A stretch of DNA of 63,856 nucleotides, filler included, from Stramenopiles sp. TOSAG23-6 (lineage: Eukaryota): assembly GCA_900128565.1 (NCBI GenBank). It is 3 parts of 3 records of this genome, joined end to end, with 100 filler letters (N's around TTAATTAATTAA, not from the genome) between each part and the next. Parts side by side here need not be neighbours in the genome. Positions count along the whole stretch, not along the records: positions 21,807 to 43,490 come from LT636027.1; positions 43,591 to 63,856 come from LT636039.1; 1 more part is not named here. One strand, written 5' to 3'. The notes below the pieces were generated by a model that was not told the DNA's origin, did not search any database, and worked only from the letters and a program-made list of their open reading frames with translations. The position numbers and the translations under genes are program-made. Shown here one piece after another: positions 35,301 to 44,597 of this stretch (position 1 is the stretch's first letter; the number at the start of each line of letters is the position of its first letter).

Positions 35301-38300
35301 TTTTCTTTCTATCTTTTTTACATATTACATCATAAGCAGAAACATCATCATCTTGGCTAGCTAAATCGGTGGTAATATTATTTTTGTAATGAATTTTTGT
35401 TACACAACAAGCTTCCCACTTTCCCGACCATTCGCCTACATGATCTGCATCGGTGCAAGCAATTTCGTATTGATAAGCAACAGGGGTTTCTAAGAATTCT
35501 TCAAACTTTAAAACCTTTTCTTTGTATCCACGTTCTTGTTCGAGATGCTGACGATTCTCTACACCATTAATTAGAAATGGATGATTACAACACTTGCGCA
35601 ATTGCATATGCATATTATTTAAAAGTGGGTGATTTGACTTTCGTACACCTTTGTATAGAAAAGAACGATTTCGGTCATAAATAGCGCGATAGTACTGTTT
35701 CTGTAGCATTGTCAGTTCAACATCGATAATTGTTTCAACGCGTTTCAAAATACTTTTTTCTACATCTTCTTTGACCCTGCGTAAGACATAAGGCGCCATA
35801 CGTTTCTGGAGACTTTGAACTTGTTCACTGCTTGTTAGTTCGCCATATTGGTACTCAAATTCTTCAGCTGTGCCGAATCTACGAGGAGCAACAAAATCAA
35901 GTAAAGTCCACAATTCCATTAAATTATTTTGAAGGGGGGTTCCAGTAAGAAGAAGACTCCACAAGGAATCCATCTCTTCAAAGGCACCAAGAATCTTGGA
36001 CTTCATATTACGCAAGCGGTGACCTTCATCAATCACAGTCGCTTGCCATGGGATCTCTTCCAAAAACTCACGATCACTATAGAGAATTTCATATGACGTT
36101 AACAAAACATTAAACTTCATAACACCAGCAGATGGATCAAATGGCATCCCTGTGTAATACCACTCCCACTGACGTATAATGGCACGATTCGCATTACCTC
36201 TACCATTACCATCATAGTAAAAACAAACATTCATATCAGTCCATGTTTCAAATGTCCGCTTCCAATGCCCTAATGTAGATAATGGGGCTACAACAAGAAA
36301 TGGACCTCGGTTTCCAACATGTCGCTGAATGTGTTCTAATAATGCGACAACTTGAATGGTTTTACCTAAACCCATTTCATCCGCTAAAATACATGACCGA
36401 CCTTGGGAATAATTATTTGCTAACCATTTCAAGCCTGCAAGTTGATATGATCTCAAAGCATTACCACTTTTATATGTTCCAGGGGCACGCGCAAGCGGAT
36501 TCTTTTGTGGCATTGGAGGAGGTTTTGTTGCTGTTGTTGTTTCATTAGTCAAATTCTTATCAATATTCATCTCAGACGTTTGAGAGTTTGTTGACTCTTC
36601 AAGGACAGGCGAAGAAGTCCCATTCAATTTAGAATTTGTTGTATCACGTTCCTCTGAGTTCTCCTTATTTTCTTCTTTCATAGCATTTTCATTATTTTCA
36701 GGATCATTTAAAGATTGATTTTTGATCTTATTAGTTTCATCAGTAGATGCCTCTTGCTCTCGACGAAGTCTTTGGCGCTCAAGAACTTTCATTCTACTTT
36801 CTTCCATTGCTTTTTTCTGTTTCATTTTTAATATATATGGATTCTTCGATATTGCTTCAGCAGCACGATTTAATTCTTTTTGTAAATTATCTTCAGCAAC
36901 TTTCACAACATCCTCAAAAATAGCAAGATCTCTACGAAGTAATTCCAATCGACTAATATCTTTCGAGGACTTACTTACATCATTTGGGACTGTTACGTTT
37001 ACAGCACAGCGTAAAGTATCTCCTGTACTTACACCGGCTGGTACTTGTATAGTGTACTTTTTAGTACGATTATTACCATCAGGTGCCTCAAAAGACAATA
37101 AATCGCCAGTTTTCAATCCTGGAGGCACCTGTAAATCATAATAAACCTTTTTCGTTTCAGGTTCAGGTTCTTCATCACTGTCACTTCGAAGGTCGAAAGT
37201 ATAATCAATTGGTTGTTCTAATTTTTCTAATTTTTCATCAACAATCAGATTGTTCTCAGATATGTTTTTTCTTTGAGTAGCTTCTTCTTTGCGCATGTTC
37301 TTCCGCTCTTGCAATTCTTTATTCCGCTCAGCAATTTTCTCTGAATATATTTGCATTTTTTTTGAATAAACAGATTTACGTTGTAATCTTTCTTCTCTGC
37401 GCATAGTAAGACGTTGAAACTTTTCAAATTTTGCATCTTTCTCTTGTGTTTTAAATATTAACTGTTTCTTTTCAAGTTCACTTTTCTTTAGAGCGATGTC
37501 ATTTTTAGCTTTTTCTAAATAAACCTTTGTATCTATTGAACCCTGTTCCCAGGTGATAGCTTCACAAAGTTCGTCTAAACAACCACGAATTTCAAAGTCT
37601 TCCAATCTTGGTTTACAATAAGTATCATGCCACTCCCTTAACAAAGGTTGAATCTTTTTCAATGTTTTCTTACCCATATGATGCTGTCGTAAATAGTTTG
37701 AAATCTGAGAAGAAGTGACTCCACTTTGAGCAGCCATTGTTTTATACTTAATATGTAATGTCTGAGCAGCATGTCGAAGCATTTTCATCAAAGGAATATC
37801 ATACAATCCTTCAGGATCAACAATAAGCTCAGAAAAAATATTTTTTCCCTTTTGTTTCATCCTCGCATTCGATCTAACTCGTTGCATAATTTCTCGTGCA
37901 GCCAAAGGAGGTCGATTGACACGTCTAAACTGGGCAATCTTTAGATCATCGTCAACATCACATGCACGTTCCCACGTTGAAGCTTCATATGCAAGACCTC
38001 TCCATTTCACAAGGTACAACGCTTCCGTTGACGTTTCAATCTTTAGATCATCGTCATCACTACTATTATCACTAACAATATCATTATCATCTTCTATATT
38101 ATTGCCAGGATCAATATTATGAACATTTGGTCTATACGAACCAGGTGTGTACTTCCCATATTCATCATATAATTTCTGTGCAGTTTCAGTCTGCTTTGAC
38201 TTTTCTGGGAGTTGTAATTTTGTATTTTCCATTAGTTTCGATTTGATTTGCAATCCTGGTAAAACACGAGAATTTATTTTTACTAGAATGGAAGCATTGA

Positions 38301-39207
38301 TTCCCAAGAGTTCACTAATTTGAGCAGGAGTGTCATTATTCTTTGCATTATAAATGTATTCAAAATCTTGAAAATGTTTCTTTTTTTCATCACGTTTCTT
38401 TCTTCGAACTTCGCGTTGTTTTCGTCTCTCTTTACTTGCAATTAACTCTTGCTCTCTATTAGACATAATTCCTTGGTATACAGATCCATCTTCATCAAGA
38501 GACCAACCTGTAAGGAACTGTGGAGCGATACATATTCTTAAATTATCTTTCACACCTAAAATTAATTGTACGTCAGTGCATTCGTTTAAATCCGCAGTGA
38601 TAACTTCTCCAGTAGTACTTTTATTCACTTGCTCAGGCGTAAGAGACGCAACGTATCTTTTAATTTTTTGCTTCTCTCTACTTCCATGTGATATAATGTC
38701 TTCTTCTGGAACCCAGTTTGTATGCAAGTATGAGCATTTCTTGAAAGTAACCAGATATTCCCATTTCCCTTCTTTTGTCTTACTAGGGCGACGTCCAATG
38801 AGTTTATCATAATTAAAATCAGGGATATATTCCTCCTCCTTCATTACACCATCTTCTGTTTCCTCTGATGAAGATTCGGTTTCATCTTCGGATTGCCACT
38901 CTTTATAAGAACGTTGTTTTCTAACACGACCACTTCGTCGAGAAGTTACTGTTTCTTCTGTTCCAGATGTGACATCGTCAGTATTTGTCTCAGCATTTTC
39001 CACAGTCTCATCTGCATCATCAGCTTTCCCAGAATTATCTTCTCCATCGAGATCCATAGGTGTAGAAGAATCATCATTGGAATCATCTAATGGTGGTACA
39101 CTAGCATTATAAGGTTCCTCCTCGTTATGTTCAGTGTCTTCTCCCTCAGCTGCCCAATCTCCGTCTGAACCCGAGTCTACAAAGTCTGCGATATCCATGG
39201 TACTCAC
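32383..39207 (-). CDS. CHD-family chromatin remodeller (chromodomains, SNF2 ATPase, bromodomain, three LysM-like repeats)
   Basis: EYLVTFK...YLHTNWVPE and LYLVKWRGLAYEASTWE chromodomains; ILADEMGLGKT, DEGH and QATARCHRIGQ motifs; FFELPDKELYPDYYKLIKSPIDL bromodomain. Confidence 0.92.
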   Translation of the reverse strand: MSTMDIADFVDSGSDGDWAAEGEDTEHNEEEPYNASVPPLDDSNDDSSTPMDLDGEDNSGKADDADETVENAETNTDDVTSGTEETVTSRRSGRVRKQRSYKEWQSEDETESSSEETEDGVMKEEEYIPDFNYDKLIGRRPSKTKEGKWEYLVTFKKCSYLHTNWVPEEDIISHGSREKQKIKRYVASLTPEQVNKSTTGEVITADLNECTDVQLILGVKDNLRICIAPQFLTGWSLDEDGSVYQGIMSNREQELIASKERRKQREVRRKKRDEKKKHFQDFEYIYNAKNNDTPAQISELLGINASILVKINSRVLPGLQIKSKLMENTKLQLPEKSKQTETAQKLYDEYGKYTPGSYRPNVHNIDPGNNIEDDNDIVSDNSSDDDDLKIETSTEALYLVKWRGLAYEASTWERACDVDDDLKIAQFRRVNRPPLAAREIMQRVRSNARMKQKGKNIFSELIVDPEGLYDIPLMKMLRHAAQTLHIKYKTMAAQSGVTSSQISNYLRQHHMGKKTLKKIQPLLREWHDTYCKPRLEDFEIRGCLDELCEAITWEQGSIDTKVYLEKAKNDIALKKSELEKKQLIFKTQEKDAKFEKFQRLTMRREERLQRKSVYSKKMQIYSEKIAERNKELQERKNMRKEEATQRKNISENNLIVDEKLEKLEQPIDYTFDLRSDSDEEPEPETKKVYYDLQVPPGLKTGDLLSFEAPDGNNRTKKYTIQVPAGVSTGDTLRCAVNVTVPNDVSKSSKDISRLELLRRDLAIFEDVVKVAEDNLQKELNRAAEAISKNPYILKMKQKKAMEESRMKVLERQRLRREQEASTDETNKIKNQSLNDPENNENAMKEENKENSEERDTTNSKLNGTSSPVLEESTNSQTSEMNIDKNLTNETTTATKPPPMPQKNPLARAPGTYKSGNALRSYQLAGLKWLANNYSQGRSCILADEMGLGKTIQVVALLEHIQRHVGNRGPFLVVAPLSTLGHWKRTFETWTDMNVCFYYDGNGRGNANRAIIRQWEWYYTGMPFDPSAGVMKFNVLLTSYEILYSDREFLEEIPWQATVIDEGHRLRNMKSKILGAFEEMDSLWSLLLTGTPLQNNLMELWTLLDFVAPRRFGTAEEFEYQYGELTSSEQVQSLQKRMAPYVLRRVKEDVEKSILKRVETIIDVELTMLQKQYYRAIYDRNRSFLYKGVRKSNHPLLNNMHMQLRKCCNHPFLINGVENRQHLEQERGYKEKVLKFEEFLETPVAYQYEIACTDADHVGEWSGKWEACCVTKIHYKNNITTDLASQDDDVSAYDVICKKDRKKIENVPSHLVRKGKNYDSSSVPATSIVPIPPMDQITSLIQSSGKMLLLDKLLPKLKKEGHRVLIFSQMVIMLDILQDYLNLRSIKFERLDGSTHGNKRQASIDRFTAEGSDRFVFLLSTRAGGVGINLTAADTVIIFDSDWNPQNDMQATARCHRIGQKKQVTVYRFLMRNSYESTMFEVASRKLAMEQAVMGRRSGGQGSMQALQASEMDQLLRHGAYAVMGGDNDNKETKSFQNASIDDILSRHSRTVEHEVKTGGSETSAMSNNLFNKVSFKGHDDDGDDVDVDDPDFWSKVLPNMLSADGLLARLNDGSMASEPTATRNLFLEEVEELVSEMVTARNKAQEQTSDDEGATPGPSAHETEVACSLLLQISTMRTSFTERQRETAEGWLAELEGGRLRKRGSVRNGNRKRDRKRKRGYNDNSDDDFNDSDDVFEDRAGLTLARVLADDYLLMSELKRLIEKKDYVTGLRDALLDECDNRDIDVGHNPRSSKVVSTLYSYLKERTSAPSRATRTRRRRRRSGPTPVRTGKRARKSYIDETGVRVCCHGTRHCPGGNGKRHAPECSGATGPRKKKKRTNSRRSTTKRKRVAYPEGEIISTTRTRKTKHYDDGGGDDFDIEEAPEQSSGDTFSRLKKRINAEHVYVANDDESPFMIAKKLLIPVSELLALNKLIYAGLVRHAKLVEGTTLELPPKKDQSHETQKLYDTHAKHIEAFLHTHELEDGEQWSHNDVLDKNATPLQLRQRRILSVIANARDGERERAELFFELPDKELYPDYYKLIKSPIDLIMISKSIDAGKYRSLSAFANDIDLMFSNAKKYNMEGSLILEDVEYMENYFIRKLEMIQIEETKINSQCPEYDALDNETPEEIAAKLSVSLQELLDANINRFPGISATSKLEPGTNLLLPMLLDKVNPPDGVISFKTSAVDDSESDGDEEKWEIYYNWLNRVSKLGKENIVLKLNGVRLTANDVPKI

Positions 39208-39534
39208 ACAAGGAGTAGCACAAATTCACACAACCTTTGATGGTGTGATGAGTGTATTTATAATGTCCCAGTTATGGTTAATAATGCCAATGAGATTTAC
39301 ACAGAGGAAAATTACGGTTCAAAAATACTTTTATCTCTCAAAAAAGATGGACGCGTTCGAGAACGACTATATTTTACGCGCGCAGGTAAAATTTTGATGC
39401 TAACCCTAACCCTACTATAACTAGCACAATTTTTTTTGAAGTCAGCGCGACGGTGTTGAGTGACCCAAAGCGTAGTTAGTAGTCGAGAAGCCATTATTAG
39501 CCAATAATAATTGTCGATTTTTTCCCACAAAAAT

Positions 39535-41361
39535 ATGAGTGTCAACACATTTAGAGATCTAACTCATAAGGACTATATATGGGCACAAAGTGCAGAATTT
39601 ATCACTGTCACTATCACTATTCCTATTCCAGATGCATCTCTAGTTCAAAATCTCTCTAAAGATCAAATCGACATAGTTTTTCATCCAAAAGGTTTTTCAT
39701 TGAGATTATTGGGTACTGAACCCGCCCCATTACGGTTTGTTACAAATTGTTTATACCATTCGATTAGTCCTAAGAAATGTGAGTTGCTACAACCATCGGA
39801 TCAAGTTATAATTTTAAAGTTATCTAAAGTTGAGCCAACAATAGAATGGACGGCACTACTGAATGAGGAACTACTGCAGGAAGATAGCCAAGCAAAAATA
39901 AACAAAGGGCCTTCTGCTGATATGATTTCAACAATGATAGAACAACATCGACAAAAGAATACACAGAAGAGTAAACTAGCAACTAATTCAGCTGCTAGCT
40001 TTTGGGGTAGACGTAATGTAGGTATAGACGATATAGTGTCTAAAGTAAAACGGAATGATTCCCGAGTGGAAAGCATTTTTATCCTTCCCCAACGAAAATT
40101 TGATACGGATGCTGCTGTGAAGCTTGCATCAGCATTGGCTAGTAACACTACATTAAAAACATTTTACGCTTCTGGTCATGATATTGGTGATATTGGGGCA
40201 AAGGCATTTGGATGTGCTCTGAAACAGAATGAAACTCTCACAAAGTTATGCATTGGTTCAACTAAATTTGGAGATAGTGGATTAATTGCTTTGTGTGAGG
40301 GTTTATGCAGTAACAAAACACTGAGAACACTTGATGTAGACAACAAAGGAATATCTGTAGAAGGTGCTTCAGCGTTAGCTGATGCAATTGTTGCTCAAAT
40401 GGCATTAAATAAGAATGATGTTCATTCTGACGAGATCACAGGTTTGAAAGAGCTCCTTATGTCACGGAATCGTCTCTGTGATGCTGGTATCACAATATTC
40501 TGTGATAAACTTACTAAAGCTTTAACAGAATCATCCGAGAATATACTGTTTTTATCTCATTTAGATATTTCAAGGAATACGATTGGGCCTATGGGTGCAT
40601 TGGCGTTAGGAAAATTATTAAAGTCTGGTTGTGGTATTGGACATTTAAATCTTGCCGGAAACCCAGATTTATGCCGAGGCGAAGACGTAGCATCTTTTGC
40701 TACAGTTTTAAAATCGTGTCCTACTATATATAAGCTTGATTTATCTGATTGTGGTATTCGTGATGTCGGTATGAGTGAATTATTCAAAAATTTTGGTCTG
40801 CAACATATTTTTGATCTAAATATTTCTAATAATGGAATTACATCATCTGGATTATTAGCAATCGTTGATGCAAGTATTAGTCAAAATTTAAATCGTTTTC
40901 GCAAACTTACAATGTCTGAGAATGATTTTTCTAATGGTGATATTATGCAAAACTTTGTTGATGTCATATCACATGTAGAGTTTTTAGATGTGAGTAAGTG
41001 TAGTTTAACAATTAATGGTGCATGTGCGCTTTCATGTGCAGCAAGTATCACAGAATTACGTCTTACACAGAATGCTTTAGGTGATACATTTATTGAAAAA
41101 TTAGTGTCAATGTGGTCGTCGTCAGAAAAGAGCAAATCAAATTTACAAAGACTGGATCTTGCAAACAACGGAATCACCGCTGAAGGTGCAAAACATATTT
41201 GCACTGCTTTGATGGATACTTCAATACTTCCAAGTCTCAATCTTCTTGTTCTTGGTGGCAACTCTATAGGTAGCTCTGGCGAGGCAAGTGCTATATTATT
41301 GATGGAAGTGCGTCCAGACTTAAATGTAATGTATGGAGAGAATAATGAGCAAAGTGGATAA
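39535..41361 (+). CDS. CS (p23-like) domain plus RNI-like leucine-rich-repeat protein
   Basis: YIWAQSAEFITVTI...ILKLSK..W CS domain, followed by LxxLxLxxNxI repeats. Confidence 0.8.
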   Translation: MSVNTFRDLTHKDYIWAQSAEFITVTITIPIPDASLVQNLSKDQIDIVFHPKGFSLRLLGTEPAPLRFVTNCLYHSISPKKCELLQPSDQVIILKLSKVEPTIEWTALLNEELLQEDSQAKINKGPSADMISTMIEQHRQKNTQKSKLATNSAASFWGRRNVGIDDIVSKVKRNDSRVESIFILPQRKFDTDAAVKLASALASNTTLKTFYASGHDIGDIGAKAFGCALKQNETLTKLCIGSTKFGDSGLIALCEGLCSNKTLRTLDVDNKGISVEGASALADAIVAQMALNKNDVHSDEITGLKELLMSRNRLCDAGITIFCDKLTKALTESSENILFLSHLDISRNTIGPMGALALGKLLKSGCGIGHLNLAGNPDLCRGEDVASFATVLKSCPTIYKLDLSDCGIRDVGMSELFKNFGLQHIFDLNISNNGITSSGLLAIVDASISQNLNRFRKLTMSENDFSNGDIMQNFVDVISHVEFLDVSKCSLTINGACALSCAASITELRLTQNALGDTFIEKLVSMWSSSEKSKSNLQRLDLANNGITAEGAKHICTALMDTSILPSLNLLVLGGNSIGSSGEASAILLMEVRPDLNVMYGENNEQSG

Positions 41362-41483
41362 TTAATATGATATTTTTTATACTAAATAAAAAACTTGTCT
41401 CGTATTTTTATATACTAACTTATTTCATCGAAATACAATTTTTAAATTTGATTTATTTGAATGAATAATTAAGGTTTTATAAT

Positions 41484-43490
41484 TCATTTTTCTTCAGAGT
41501 TTTCTTCTAAACTTCTAGCATCATTTGTTTCCGTATCACTAATGTGTTTTCGGGATGTAGGACTTGGACTTCTATCTATCACTAGAATATTTGAGCCACG
41601 CTTCAATTGTGTTCGTGAAAGGCATTGTATTTCATGTTCTCTTGGTATTGAGAGAAATGAAATCTCTGCTTCCTCCAGAGTTATTCCTTTGGACATGGCT
41701 CTTCGATGCAGTCTACTAGACATTTTTTTATTGTGAATGGTTTCGTCAACATTTCCCTGCATCGGATTGTTTAAATCAGTCTTACCTTCTTTGTCATTAT
41801 CATTTGCTTCATATTTTTGTGTGCTTTCAGTATTTTCACTATAGCTACTTTCGTCACTACTGCTAAAATCAGCTGTAGCATTGTGCTTTAATGGGATATT
41901 ATGTATTACGTCACGAGAATGTTTGAATTCTAAACCCATTCGAGAACGAACACGCACATTCTTTGAGCTAGCTTCAACAAGAGCATCTGACATTCCATAC
42001 ATTGGATGATCTCCTTCCAATTCATCGTCAATACTTCTCGTTTGCTCACTTTCAACATTTTCTACATTTTCTAAATATTTTGGATTTTCTTGACTTTTCA
42101 AAGATCCTTCACCAATAAAAAATACTCGTTTTGGGGATTTTGATCTTTTCCGCTTGCGCTTAGGACTGAATAAATCTGGTCTGATTCCACTCACAGTAAA
42201 AAGACTAGGATCCATTACACGGAGGTAATGCTGGGGGCCGTCGATAACAATCTGTTTAAGCTGAGCTGCACGAGAACTGATAAATGCAAATTGACGAGTA
42301 GCAACGTTTATCTTCATTTGCCTTTCAAGTTCTTGTTGCTTTTTTATTTCTTTCTCCTTCTGAAGTTTAAGCTCCTTTGCAAAGTTTCGATCTTGTCTGC
42401 CTCTCTGCAACGCTTGCAATTTGGTTGCTGCTTTGTGTTCTTCAGTGTTCTTCTCTTCCTCTTCTGTGGCTTTTTTATCGCCGTCGCGTTTAGAACGACG
42501 CATTGTCTTCCTTCTTGATGGACGACTCAGACGATTTGCATTCGAAATTTGTTTTTGTGATTCGGTTTCTGATATTTGTGCGGCGACACGCGGGTTAACT
42601 AATCGTAGGACAGCTGATATTGCTTCAGCCTCAATTGAACTACTTGATGTTACCGGTATTACAGTATTTATACCAGCTATCTTTCGACCATCATGTATTA
42701 ATCGACGAAGAGCTTTCAAAGATTCAGCTTTTAGCGGAGCATCCAATCTTTGTTTTCTTGAAGGGCTCCCAGGTGTTAACGGGGAAAAACTTGACGAGCT
42801 TGAATTGGAATCTAGATTTAAAGATAAGCTTCTTCGAAACGATGATCTACGTGGAAGATTTTGCTTTAATGATACTGGAGTTGTGCATAGTTTTGCCCTT
42901 TTTCTCGTTACATCAGATGGTGATGGACTTCCGCGTGAAAATTCTGATGACTTTAGCGTGATAACTGCACATGCTTTGGCTGCATCTGTTATTGTAGTTC
43001 CTAATGTACCAAAAGGTACTTTATTTACTAAATGCGCAACACTTTCTCGGGTTCTCCAAACTTCCATGAATTGCCTTGGCACACCATATTGAGCGAGTTC
43101 TTCACACAAATTTGCCAAAATAATACAACTCTGACTCTGTGCTATTTTCGATGCACGCAATCTCGAGAGGTATCTTGATGCTACTGCTTTTGCTCCTACT
43201 TTGTCCTTTGCTAGACTATCTATTATACTTCTAGAAACATCACGTTGATCTTTATTGTGTTCGAATCTATCACATTCTAGTTTTTCTTTGATGTCATTAC
43301 GCTTTACTTTTAATATATTCAGATGTCTCTCAAAACCACGATTTCTCGAATCAATGTGTTCCATTAGTTTATCCCGGTTCAAATATTCGTTAATTATATC
43401 ACCTTCCTCGGATAACCCAGTCACGAGCTGTATTTTCCTCAAACCCTCTTCATGTGAATGATTGTGTCGAACAACCCTCACAAGCTTATT
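41484..43490 (-). CDS. Coiled-coil/IQ-motif protein, 5' truncated
   Basis: Long ORF running to the gap; AATKLQALQRGRQDR is an IQ motif. LRKIQLVTGLSEEGDIINEYL weakly resembles ODA docking-complex proteins. Confidence 0.6.
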   Translation of the reverse strand, partial: NKLVRVVRHNHSHEEGLRKIQLVTGLSEEGDIINEYLNRDKLMEHIDSRNRGFERHLNILKVKRNDIKEKLECDRFEHNKDQRDVSRSIIDSLAKDKVGAKAVASRYLSRLRASKIAQSQSCIILANLCEELAQYGVPRQFMEVWRTRESVAHLVNKVPFGTLGTTITDAAKACAVITLKSSEFSRGSPSPSDVTRKRAKLCTTPVSLKQNLPRRSSFRRSLSLNLDSNSSSSSFSPLTPGSPSRKQRLDAPLKAESLKALRRLIHDGRKIAGINTVIPVTSSSSIEAEAISAVLRLVNPRVAAQISETESQKQISNANRLSRPSRRKTMRRSKRDGDKKATEEEEKNTEEHKAATKLQALQRGRQDRNFAKELKLQKEKEIKKQQELERQMKINVATRQFAFISSRAAQLKQIVIDGPQHYLRVMDPSLFTVSGIRPDLFSPKRKRKRSKSPKRVFFIGEGSLKSQENPKYLENVENVESEQTRSIDDELEGDHPMYGMSDALVEASSKNVRVRSRMGLEFKHSRDVIHNIPLKHNATADFSSSDESSYSENTESTQKYEANDNDKEGKTDLNNPMQGNVDETIHNKKMSSRLHRRAMSKGITLEEAEISFLSIPREHEIQCLSRTQLKRGSNILVIDRSPSPTSRKHISDTETNDARSLEENSEEK

Positions 43491-43590
43491 NNNNNNNNNN
43501 NNNNNNNNNNNNNNNNNNNNNNNNNNNNNNNNNNTTAATTAATTAANNNNNNNNNNNNNNNNNNNNNNNNNNNNNNNNNNNNNNNNNNNN
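43491..43590. other. Artificial contig spacer
   Basis: 100 nt of N with a central TTAATTAATTAA. Confidence 0.95.
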
Positions 43591-43676
43591 AAAATATTTT
43601 TTTTTGTAAAATTTGTTAGGTACAAAATTTCGTACGAAAAAAAAACTAAATTCGAAATTCAAAACATAAAACATAC
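43591..43676 (-). other. Family intron, 3' end truncated by the contig edge
   Basis: Minus strand: CAT|GTATGTTTT...TTTCGTACGAAATTTTGTACCTAAC. Confidence 0.85.
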
Positions 43677-44366
43677 ATGAGGTATGTTTGATAATCTAAC
43701 TTCAACTGTCAAAGACTCATATGGATCAGGAATCGTAGGTGTCCTAGAAATATGTGTAGCTGTAGGAGGGTCATATTGGAACGAAACACCTGTCCTGCCG
43801 ACGACAGTTGCAGCCTTCATATTTCCATCTTTCCAATTTCCTCGTAGTTCTACTAAATTATCTGAATAAATGAATGCTGCAGTACCAGATAATACACCAT
43901 TCATCCATTCACCTTTTAACTGACCATCTAAAACAACACTATTACTATTTGAACAAAACGTATGTTCTTCTATAGGAGACCAAAGAAATAAAGTTCCTTG
44001 TCCGTGTCGTTCGCCTTCTTTATTATAATTACCAGAATAGATAATACGTTTTCCCATACGTTCTACCCCAAAACTACCATCAATACATTCACCAAGAGCA
44101 TATTTATTTTCACGCACTGTTCCATCTGATGATATATATTCAGCATTGCCTTCTAAGGCATCATTTATCCATCGTCCTGATAACATAGAACCGTCCTCGA
44201 AGGTGAAGATGCCACGTCCATGTTTTTCACCACTTTGAAATCGTCCCGTGAAAGACACTCCAGCGTTATATGAAATGGTACCACGACCATGAGGCAAACC
44301 ACTTTCATCTACTGAACCACTGTATTCCAGTTCGTCTTCATCATTACTATCAACATTGTCGATCAT
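43677..44366 (-). CDS. SETD7 (SET7/9)-like lysine methyltransferase, MORN-repeat exon 1; the SET domain lies beyond the gap
   Basis: MORN repeats (GLPHGRGTI, EKHGRGIFTF) followed by ISRTPTIPDPYESLTVEVRLSNI, matching the SETD7 pre-SET segment. Confidence 0.75.
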
Positions 44367-44597
44367 TATACACTAATTTCATATAAAGTAGATAAAAAAT
44401 TGTATTAATGTGAAGGAAAAGAACTCGAACTGACTAAGTCCACTGGATTTCGTGTTTTAAAGAAGAAAAAACTTGTCTTTCATGTGTCCGTTACTTTTTC
44501 TAGAAAATACTACCTTTCTATTCGGTGTCATTCGTGTTGTAACTACTAAGATTTGCTTTCTACATAGTATATTGTGCGTTCACTGGGAGCTTTTATC

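Noticed and set aside
42421-43092. 223-aa plus-strand ORF and similar short antisense ORFs throughout the track
   Set aside because: Fully nested opposite longer genes with recognisable motifs.
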